Part shown: positions 56,671 to 64,000 of the stretch, piece after piece | Position numbering within the stretch: position 1 is the first letter of the stretch | Layout: each line of letters begins with the position of its first letter | From: Synergistota bacterium | GTDB taxonomy: Bacteria > Synergistota > GBS-1 | Direction of reading: 5' to 3' | DNA length: 64,000 nt | Assembly (NCBI GenBank): GCA_025060595.1 | Contig: JANXBX010000001.1 | Span: forward strand, 185,696 to 249,695 | Made by a program: the position numbers and the translations under genes | Notes under the pieces: model-generated | What the model was told of the DNA's origin: nothing | The model's database searches: none | The model's input: the letters and a program-made list of their open reading frames with translations, nothing else

Positions 56671-58104
56671 TTGAAGGAAAGATACTCTTACCAAGCAGTT
56701 ATGGAAAGAAGAGCTGAGATAATGAGAAAGGCAGTCGGTATAGATTACGATAGGTTCGTAATTAAAGGAATAGCTTTCGACTATGAGAGAATGATGAAAG
56801 AGGTAGGATATCCCATAGAAGAGATAAGAAAGATCCAAAGCGAAACATCTGTCGGGAATACTCCTCTTGTAGAGCTTAAAAACATAAATAAGCTGATTAA
56901 GAAACTAGCTCCAAAAGGTAAGGGAGCCAGGATATTCCTGAAGGATGAAGCAACGAACCCCTCTGGAAGCTTTAAGGATCGAAGAGCGTCAATAAGCATA
57001 TATCGAGCATCACAACTGGGATATAAGGGCGTCATCGCCGCCACAAGCGGCAATTACGGAGCAGCGGTTGCATCTCAAGCAGCAAAGAGAAACCTAAGAT
57101 GCATAATAGTTCAGGAGTGCTTCGATAATAATTGGATAGGACAGCCAGAAATATTGGAAAAGGGAAGGGCTTGTGAAGCATATGGTGCAGAAGTAGTTCA
57201 GCTTACTGTTGGACCGGAGCTATTTTATTACACGCTTGTCCTTCTAGAAGAGACCGGTTATTTTAATGCCTCACTTTATACCCCTTATGCTATAGCTGGA
57301 ATAGAAACTCTAGGATATGAGATAGCTGAACAAACCCAAAAACTTACAGGAAGATTCCCTGATGCAGTCGTAGTTACACATGCTGGAGGAGGACTCATAA
57401 CTGGAACCGCACGTGGACTTAAGAAAGCGGGAGCACAAGAGACTAAAGTAATAGGTGCAAGTGTAGATCTAAGAGGTCTACATATGGCCAGCACAAATGA
57501 CTTTAACAAGAAATACTTTACTACAGGACATACGGGATTTGGTATACCTTTTGCAGCCTATCCTGACAGGGCAGATGTCCCTAAAAACGCAGCAAGACCC
57601 CTAAGATACATGGATAGATATGTTCTTGTAACTCAGGGAGATGTTTTCTATATAACTGAGATGCTTGCGCAGCTCGAAGGCCTACAGAGAGGACCCGCTG
57701 GAAACACATCCTTAGCTGCAGCCTTTTCTCTTGCAATGGAAATGGAAGAGGATAAAATAATAGTCGTCAATGAAACGGAATATACCGGAGCTGGAAAGCT
57801 ACCTTCTGCTCAGCTAACCTTCGCTAAAAAAATGGGAATGATAGTTAAACGAGGAGATCCCTTGAAGGAAGATAAACCAGGACAGGTTATAGTTATACCA
57901 GAACATCCATCTCAGATAAGGCACATAGAATATCCCTTAGAAGAACTTAAAAAGAGCTATATTAAGGAACTAATACGTCGAGAAAATAAGAAAGACTTCG
58001 ATGAAAAGGAGTTAAGCTTCTTAGAGGAAGATTTAAGAATCTCAAGAAAAGAATTGATCAAGCTTATAGATGAGGTAAAAATAGCCCTTCAGGGGTTACC
58101 TTAA
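56671..58104 (+). CDS. ortB: 2-amino-4-ketopentanoate thiolase beta subunit (PLP-dependent, Trp-synthase-beta fold)
   Basis: TTG start 5 nt after RBS AGGAGGTGA; SFKDRRAS PLP-lysine motif; about 477 aa; immediately follows ortA. Confidence 0.75.
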   Translation: MKERYSYQAVMERRAEIMRKAVGIDYDRFVIKGIAFDYERMMKEVGYPIEEIRKIQSETSVGNTPLVELKNINKLIKKLAPKGKGARIFLKDEATNPSGSFKDRRASISIYRASQLGYKGVIAATSGNYGAAVASQAAKRNLRCIIVQECFDNNWIGQPEILEKGRACEAYGAEVVQLTVGPELFYYTLVLLEETGYFNASLYTPYAIAGIETLGYEIAEQTQKLTGRFPDAVVVTHAGGGLITGTARGLKKAGAQETKVIGASVDLRGLHMASTNDFNKKYFTTGHTGFGIPFAAYPDRADVPKNAARPLRYMDRYVLVTQGDVFYITEMLAQLEGLQRGPAGNTSLAAAFSLAMEMEEDKIIVVNETEYTGAGKLPSAQLTFAKKMGMIVKRGDPLKEDKPGQVIVIPEHPSQIRHIEYPLEELKKSYIKELIRRENKKDFDEKELSFLEEDLRISRKELIKLIDEVKIALQGLP

Positions 58105-58295
58105 AAAGCCATTTTAATTTAGACTAGAAAGATCCTATTTATTGTCTTTTACTATAAAAAATACCACTTCTGATAAAAAATCGAGGGTTGAATAAAACTA
58201 GAATGTAGGCTATGATAGAAATGAGATTAAATAGCATGAAGTAAAAAGAACCAAAAAGGAAACTTGCTATTTTTGAGGGGGGGGAGGATACCAAA

Positions 58296-59579
58296 ATGAG
58301 ATTAAGCACGATGGGGAATCTTAAGCCCTTTGGGCCACTTTATGAGAATGCTCAGAAACAGTTCTTAAAGGCAGCTGACCTCATAGACTTAGACCCAAAC
58401 CTTGGAAACTTTCTCTTATGGCCGCAGAGAACCTTGGAAGTTCACTTTCCAGTAGTAATGGATGATGGAAGAGTAGAAATATTTAAGGGGTATAGGGTAC
58501 AACATAACACAGCAAGAGGGCCTGCCAAGGGAGGCATAAGATATCATCCAGACACCCACCTTGATGAGGTTGCAGCCTTAGCATTTTGGATGACCTGGAA
58601 ATGCGCAGTTATGAACCTTCCTTTTGGCGGGGGTAAGGGCGGAGTTAGAGTTGATCCATCGAAGCTATCAGAAAAGGAGCTCGAGAGACTAAGCAGAAGA
58701 TACTTCTCAGAAATTCAAGTCATAATAGGGCCTCACAAGGATATACCGGCACCTGACATAAATACAAACCCAAAGATAATGGCCTGGTACATGGACACCT
58801 ATAGCATGAATGTAGGTTATACAAGCCTTGGCGTGGTTACAGGAAAGCCTCTTGACCTTGGCGGATCCGAAGGCAGACCGGAAGCAACAGGTAGAGGGGT
58901 TTCAATACTAGCAAACGAAGCCTGTAAGATCTTAGGAAAGGATATTTCGAAGGCAAGAGTTGCAATTCAAGGATTTGGAAACGTTGGCTCTTACTCAGCG
59001 AAGATATTAAGTGAGGAATATGGAGCAAAGATAGTAGCAGTAAGCGATATAAGCGGTGGCATATACGATGAAAGGGGATTAAACATTAGCGACCTAATAC
59101 ACTATAGGGACATGAATAAAGGTATAATTAAAGGCTATCCTAAAGGAGAAGCGATATCAAACAAGGAACTTTTGGAGCTTGATGTAGACATCTTAGTTCC
59201 AGCAGCTCTTGAAAATGCGATTACAGAAAAAAACGCAAATGATGTTAAGGCAAAGATTATAATCGAGGGGGCAAACGGTCCTATTACTCCAGAAGCAGAA
59301 GAGATTCTTTTAAAGAAAGGCATTTTTATTGTACCTGACATTGTGGCAAACGCAGGAGGAGTCGTAGTATCTTACTTTGAGTGGGTCCAAGATCTCCAAA
59401 CCTTCTTCTGGGATATTGATGAAATAAGAAAGAGGTTAATGAAAATGATGATTCATGCCTTCATAGAGGTCGGTAAAACCAAAGAAAAGTATAATACCGA
59501 TATGAGAACAGCCGCATATATAGTTGCAATTAACAGGGTCGCAAGCGCTCTAAAACAAAGAGGCTACTATCCAATGTAA
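58296..59579 (+). CDS. gdhA: Glutamate dehydrogenase (Glu/Leu/Phe/Val dehydrogenase family)
   Basis: GGGKGG catalytic-lysine motif region, GFGNVG Rossmann motif; RBS GAGGGGGGGGAGGA. Confidence 0.9.
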   Translation: MRLSTMGNLKPFGPLYENAQKQFLKAADLIDLDPNLGNFLLWPQRTLEVHFPVVMDDGRVEIFKGYRVQHNTARGPAKGGIRYHPDTHLDEVAALAFWMTWKCAVMNLPFGGGKGGVRVDPSKLSEKELERLSRRYFSEIQVIIGPHKDIPAPDINTNPKIMAWYMDTYSMNVGYTSLGVVTGKPLDLGGSEGRPEATGRGVSILANEACKILGKDISKARVAIQGFGNVGSYSAKILSEEYGAKIVAVSDISGGIYDERGLNISDLIHYRDMNKGIIKGYPKGEAISNKELLELDVDILVPAALENAITEKNANDVKAKIIIEGANGPITPEAEEILLKKGIFIVPDIVANAGGVVVSYFEWVQDLQTFFWDIDEIRKRLMKMMIHAFIEVGKTKEKYNTDMRTAAYIVAINRVASALKQRGYYPM

Positions 59580-59589
59580 TTAGAGAGAC

Positions 59590-59621
59590 AAGGCCCGTGA
59601 GGTTTTAACCTCACGGGCCTT
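59590..59621. terminator. Bidirectional terminator AAGGCCCGTGAGG-TTTTAA-CCTCACGGGCCTT shared by convergent gdh (+) and dctM (-)
   Basis: Perfect 13-bp stem; T-run follows on the plus strand and overlaps the dctM stop codon. Confidence 0.7.
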
Positions 59622-59626
59622 CATTT

Positions 59627-60931
59627 TTATCTAATACCGAGAACCAATTTAGGAAGCCACATGGAAAGCCAAGGGATATAGGTAGTAAGAGCTATAACGG
59701 GAAGATTTCCAAATATCATAAATATAAGAGCAGGCTTTATATATTGATCAAAGGAAACCCTACCCACTCGCCCTCCGAGATAAAGAATGGGAGCTGTAGG
59801 AGGGGTCACATTTCCAAGACCAAGATTTGTTCCTAAAATAGCGGCAAAATGCACCGGGTGAACCCCTATACGAACAGCCAGAGGTAAAAGAAGAGGAGCT
59901 ACAAGCAGGGTCCCGCTTAAATCATCCATAAGCATACCTATTATTATCAAGAAAACATTTATCATAAATAGAATCACATATTTGTTATCAGAGATAGAAA
60001 TAAGGAAATCAGCGATCTTCATAGGGACTTTCTCCATGGTATATATCCTGCCCAATATGGTTACGAAAAAGAGCATTAGAACAACAACACTGCTTGTAGT
60101 AGCGGCAGTATAGAGAGACTTAAAGAAGGTCTTAAAAGTAAGCTCTTTGTGAACAAAAAAACCAACTATTATCGCATAGGTAACCGCAACAGCAGCAGCT
60201 TCAGTAGGAGTTGTAACACCACCATATATTCCACCAAGAATTATCACGGGCATAAGAAGGCTCCAGATGCTCTGTCTTGTAGCTCGAGCCACTATTTTGA
60301 ATTTCTCGAAACCAGGAGCAGGTGGCTCAACCTTAACGAACGGGAAGTTCTTCTTAACCATTATGTAGTTAATTATAGAATATAAGGTCGCAGTTAAGAT
60401 GCCTGGAATAACTGTAGAAAGAAAGCAGGCGGTTATCGAAGTCTGCGTAACCCAACCATATAGAATCATAGGAACACTTGGGGGTATAAGCTGTCCTAAA
60501 ATTGCAGCACAACTGACCATTGCAGTAGTATAATACCTTGGATATCCTCTTTCTTCCAGCTTTGGAATCATTATGGTTCCTATAGCAGCCACAGCAGAGG
60601 AAGCGGTTCCAGAAATGGCACCAAATATAGCACAAGCCCAAATTGTAGCAGCACCTAATCCGCCTCTCATCCTTCCAAGAAGCGCCTCAGCAAATATAAC
60701 AAGCCTCTCAGCTATACCACTTGAGCCCATAAGCATTCCCGCCATAATAAAGAACGGTATTGACAACAGGGTTATAGAATTAAGAGCCTTAAATCCAACA
60801 CTAGCCAAAAAAGAAATATCAGGGAAAGCTATCAAAGCCATGTACAGAGCCGCCGCCATAAAAGCAAATGGGACTGGAACCCCTATAGACAAGCCAACTA
60901 TAAGTATAAGAATATCAATTACTATATGCAT
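59627..60931 (-). CDS. dctM: TRAP transporter large permease DctM
   Basis: 434-aa polytopic membrane protein with DctM motifs. Confidence 0.9.
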   Translation of the reverse strand: MHIVIDILILIVGLSIGVPVPFAFMAAALYMALIAFPDISFLASVGFKALNSITLLSIPFFIMAGMLMGSSGIAERLVIFAEALLGRMRGGLGAATIWACAIFGAISGTASSAVAAIGTIMIPKLEERGYPRYYTTAMVSCAAILGQLIPPSVPMILYGWVTQTSITACFLSTVIPGILTATLYSIINYIMVKKNFPFVKVEPPAPGFEKFKIVARATRQSIWSLLMPVIILGGIYGGVTTPTEAAAVAVTYAIIVGFFVHKELTFKTFFKSLYTAATTSSVVVLMLFFVTILGRIYTMEKVPMKIADFLISISDNKYVILFMINVFLIIIGMLMDDLSGTLLVAPLLLPLAVRIGVHPVHFAAILGTNLGLGNVTPPTAPILYLGGRVGRVSFDQYIKPALIFMIFGNLPVIALTTYIPWLSMWLPKLVLGIR

Positions 60932-60951
60932 AAAATTACCTCCTCCCCAGT

Positions 60952-61491
60952 CTAACTTTTTTCAATTTCTGGTGACAGCTCTTCTTCCTTCTTAAACCTT
61001 ATCTCCCTCTTGCCCAAAAGCTGCAAGGTATAGTCCACAATCTCTACAAATGTGTAAAAAACCATGAGAATCGCAGATATAAGCATAGCAACTTGAGCAT
61101 ATACGAGAGGAATCCTAAGAGAAGGAGTATATTCAGGGACTTTCAAAGCCCATTTTATATAATTCCAAGACCATTGGAGAAAGATGATAGTCATAATAAA
61201 AGTAAATATAGTTATCACAAATTTAATCTTCAAGAAATTCCTTGGGGTTTTTACGATAACATTTAAAACATCTGCCATAATATGGCTTCTTTCTCTAGAA
61301 GCATGTGCAGAACCTATAAAGTAAAGCCAACAACCAACCAAGGTGGCGAGCTCCTCAATCCCCATTAGAGGGCGAGCAAAAACATACCTTAGAATTACCT
61401 CCGCCATTACTAAAAAGGTAACTACTAACGAAACTATAACTAAAATCGTCTGTTCTGCCTTCTCAAGAAACTTCCAAATAAAAAGACCCAT
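60952..61491 (-). CDS. dctQ: TRAP transporter small permease DctQ
   Basis: 179 aa with 4 TM segments upstream of dctM. Confidence 0.8.
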   Translation of the reverse strand: MGLFIWKFLEKAEQTILVIVSLVVTFLVMAEVILRYVFARPLMGIEELATLVGCWLYFIGSAHASRERSHIMADVLNVIVKTPRNFLKIKFVITIFTFIMTIIFLQWSWNYIKWALKVPEYTPSLRIPLVYAQVAMLISAILMVFYTFVEIVDYTLQLLGKREIRFKKEEELSPEIEKS

Positions 61492-61596
61492 CCCTCCTAC
61501 CTCCCATCATTTTGTGTCATCTTTAAAATAAAGATACACATAAGTCTAGTTGACATTATACCAAAACCTTCCTAAAGGTAACAAGGATCAGATCCT

Positions 61597-62880
61597 TTAA
61601 GCTGGAAATGTTAATGTAAATCTACTTCCTTTGCCAAACTCGCTTTCAACCTCTACTCTTCCACCATGAAGAGATACTACTTCCTTAACTATACTTAATC
61701 CTAGACCCGCCCCACCTAATCTCTTTGATCTAGATCTATCAACTACATAAAACTTTTCAAAAATATAGGGTATGTGCTCTTTAGGTATGCCTATACCGGT
61801 ATCCTCAACAACTACTTTAATAGCTCCTTTAGAGCCTTCGACAATAACTTTTACACTTCCTCCCTCGACATTATACTTTATGGCATTTTCAATCAAATTT
61901 AAAAAGGCGCTTTCAAAGAGAATTCTGTCCCCCTCAATAAAAACTTTTTCTTCAGGCGATTCCAAAATCAAGGAAATCCCTTTTCTTTTTGCTTCTCCCT
62001 CTAAAAGAGATAACACATCCTTAATAAGCTCTATTAAATTCAAGGATTCCTTTCTCACTATTTCCCTTTCTACCTCCTGAAGAGTAAGAAGATCTGAAAC
62101 TATCTTGGTAAGCCTTTCAACGTTCCTCTTCACAATAGATAATAATCTGTTTTCCCCTATTTCCTCCTCCAGAGTCTCAGCTGCTCCCTTTATTGCCGCA
62201 AGGGGAGTTTTTATTTCATGAGCGATACTTGATATAAGGTTTGACTCTCTCTCCCGCAAGCGTACCTCCTCTGTAATCTCCTTAAGACAAATTAAAAGGC
62301 CGCTCTTTAAGAGCGACCCATTGCTAAGAAAAACCCTATCCTTCAAACTAAGCCTAAAGTTTCTAACGCTTCCCTTCTCCTTAATTAAGCTAAAAAGCTC
62401 AAAGAAATTCCCATCCCTAAAAAGCTCCCAATACCATCTACCTTTGAATTCTTTACCACTATCCTTTTCAAGAAGAAAATAAAAAGATCTATTAGCTTCA
62501 ACTATCCTACCAACCTCATCTATCAAAACCACTGGATCATCTAAAAGATCAAAAAGAGCTTTAAGTTTTTCCTCCTTTTTGAGGCCTTCTTTAAACGAAA
62601 GCTCCATATAACGAGCAAGCTCATTAATCTCGCTGAAAACCTTACTTATTTCATCATCGCTATCTACGAATATTCTAACCCTATAGTCTCCAAGCTTAAG
62701 ATAACTAAGAAGATGCCTTAAATGTTTAAGCTTCTTTTCAATCCTATAAAATAAAAAATTAAAAACAAGCAAAGCTATACTTACCACTAAAAGTCTAAGC
62801 TTCAAGGAAGCTAAACTAACCACAAGAATAATGGACAAAAGAAACGTGAGAAAAAGGAAAAACTTATCTCTCCATCTCAA
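61597..62880 (-). CDS. Sensor histidine kinase (PhoR-like)
   Basis: N-terminal TM anchor, HAMP/PAS-like region, H-box HEIKTPLAAIKG, HATPase G-boxes. Confidence 0.8.
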   Translation of the reverse strand: MRWRDKFFLFLTFLLSIILVVSLASLKLRLLVVSIALLVFNFLFYRIEKKLKHLRHLLSYLKLGDYRVRIFVDSDDEISKVFSEINELARYMELSFKEGLKKEEKLKALFDLLDDPVVLIDEVGRIVEANRSFYFLLEKDSGKEFKGRWYWELFRDGNFFELFSLIKEKGSVRNFRLSLKDRVFLSNGSLLKSGLLICLKEITEEVRLRERESNLISSIAHEIKTPLAAIKGAAETLEEEIGENRLLSIVKRNVERLTKIVSDLLTLQEVEREIVRKESLNLIELIKDVLSLLEGEAKRKGISLILESPEEKVFIEGDRILFESAFLNLIENAIKYNVEGGSVKVIVEGSKGAIKVVVEDTGIGIPKEHIPYIFEKFYVVDRSRSKRLGGAGLGLSIVKEVVSLHGGRVEVESEFGKGSRFTLTFPA

Positions 62881-63550
62881 ACTTGTATCCTACTCCTCTA
62901 ACAGACCTAATGGAGCTCCCAAAACCTTTAAGCTTTTTCCTCAAACTGCTTACATGAACATCTATAGTTCTATCAACCACAAATTTCCCTCCCCAGAACT
63001 TCTCAAGAAGCTCATCCCTCGAAAAAACCCTCCCAGGATTCTGAAGAAATATAGAAAGAAGCCTGAACTCAACAGGAGTTAAGTCGAGTTTCTCCTCTTC
63101 TAAATAGGCTTCCATTTTCTCAAAGTCTAAAAGAATTGGACCCGCCTTAAGCAGGCCTCTCCTTTCTGATTTTGCACTTGCTCTTCTTAAAAGAGCTTTA
63201 ACTCTTGCAACTAGCTCTCGAGGACTGAAGGGTTTTGTAAGATAATCATCAGCGCCAAGCTCAAGACCCACTACCTTATCAACTTCCGAATCCTTAACAC
63301 TTAAGATAATTATAGGAATACTAGAAAACCTATAGTTACTTTTAAGATATCTACATATTTCGAAACCATCAACACCAGGAAGAAGAATATCCAAAATAAT
63401 TATATCTGGATAGAACTTATCCAAAGCAGATAGAAAGCTCTCTCCATCACTAAAGGCCTTCACCTCAAAGCCCTCTTTCACCAAATTATAAGATATTAGT
63501 TCTGCTATATCTTCCTCATCATCTACTACAGCAACTACCCTTTTCGTCAT
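62864..63550 (-). CDS. OmpR/PhoB-family response regulator
   Basis: Receiver domain with DD...D...K pattern and winged-helix C-terminus. Confidence 0.85.
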   Translation of the reverse strand: MTKRVVAVVDDEEDIAELISYNLVKEGFEVKAFSDGESFLSALDKFYPDIIILDILLPGVDGFEICRYLKSNYRFSSIPIIILSVKDSEVDKVVGLELGADDYLTKPFSPRELVARVKALLRRASAKSERRGLLKAGPILLDFEKMEAYLEEEKLDLTPVEFRLLSIFLQNPGRVFSRDELLEKFWGGKFVVDRTIDVHVSSLRKKLKGFGSSIRSVRGVGYKFEMER

Positions 63551-63551
63551 C

Positions 63552-64000
63552 TTAATGCTCCTTCACCTTAAACCTTATAGGAGTTCCTACAAAATCAAAA
63601 GCCTCTCTTAACCTATTTTCAAGATAGGCAAGATAACTCTTCTTAACTAGCTCAGTAGAGTTAACCGAAAGTTCAAATAAAGGTGGAGCTTCCCCTTTCT
63701 GAGAGGCGAAATAAATTTTCAATCTTCTACCCCTTTTATCCGAGGGAGGAGGAGAAAAGTATAAAGCTTCCATAACAACCTTATTAAGTTGAGAGGTAGG
63801 TATTCTCGTTCTCCAGTTAGCATAGACCTTATCTATGACTGGGAAAATACTCTCAACATTATATCCTGTCTTAGCAGAGATAAATAAAACAGGAGCATAA
63901 CTTACAAAATAAAATTCCTTCAATAAAAAATCCTTGAAAGCGTTAGCATCATACTTAGGTAAAAGATCTATTTTGTTAACAATGATAATTATACCTTTGC
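63552..64000 (-). CDS. der: GTPase Der (EngA), C-terminal part; N-terminus lies beyond the window end
   Basis: Frame open to position 64000 (...GIIIIVNKIDLLPKYDANAFKDFLLKEFYFVSYAPVLFISAKTG...); C-terminal KH-like domain. The track M at 63923 is an internal TTG. Confidence 0.75.
   Translation of the reverse strand, partial: KGIIIIVNKIDLLPKYDANAFKDFLLKEFYFVSYAPVLFISAKTGYNVESIFPVIDKVYANWRTRIPTSQLNKVVMEALYFSPPPSDKRGRRLKIYFASQKGEAPPLFELSVNSTELVKKSYLAYLENRLREAFDFVGTPIRFKVKEH

Noticed and set aside
1-64000. CRISPR arrays, transposases, integrases, phage genes
   Set aside because: No regularly spaced direct repeats were seen, and no ORF has transposase or integrase motifs; the window is mobile-element free as far as I can tell.

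Overview
This is a dense, almost fully coding 64-kb chromosomal window from a low-GC (roughly 38-40%) thermophile-like anaerobe, with no transposases, integrases or CRISPR arrays. Gene content is typical of Thermotogae- or Clostridia-like thermophiles, but I cannot place the organism. Housekeeping blocks are present: ispA-dxs-tlyA-nadK-recN; pgsA-plsY; metG-rsmI-tatD; HU; tRNA-Pro; and a methionine synthase split into a core protein plus a separately encoded reactivation-domain protein. The accessory content comprises three TRAP transporter systems; a hexuronate catabolic cluster (uxaC, uxuA, uxuB-like, kdgK, IclR regulator); and a putative keto-acid/aldehyde catabolic island (tungsten-type aldehyde:ferredoxin oxidoreductase, Ldh2-family dehydrogenase, RraA-family aldolase, creatininase-family hydrolase, two Zn-ADHs, cupin, MoaD-like protein). 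It also includes FeoAB; pstSCA without pstB/phoU, with a PhoR/PhoB-like two-component pair 7 kb away; a ferritin-like cargo plus family-1 encapsulin pair; and an orphan 2-amino-4-ketopentanoate thiolase (ortAB)-gdh module inserted in the middle of a TRAP operon. The most unusual locus is a tightly coupled five-gene operon (38.6-43.2 kb, minus strand) of signal-peptide proteins built from repeated CsgG-like and LPP20/FlgP-like domains, one of them with a poly-proline linker and C-terminal TPR repeats. No curli subunits or flagellar genes are nearby. It looks like an undescribed envelope-associated assembly or secretion complex. Other oddities are a cytoplasmic BNR/Asp-box protein and a Rossmann-domain/MCP-signalling-domain fusion co-transcribed with metH. 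Many ORF-track starts are overcalled because the track counts TTG/GTG as starts; corrected starts are noted where the sequence supports them.
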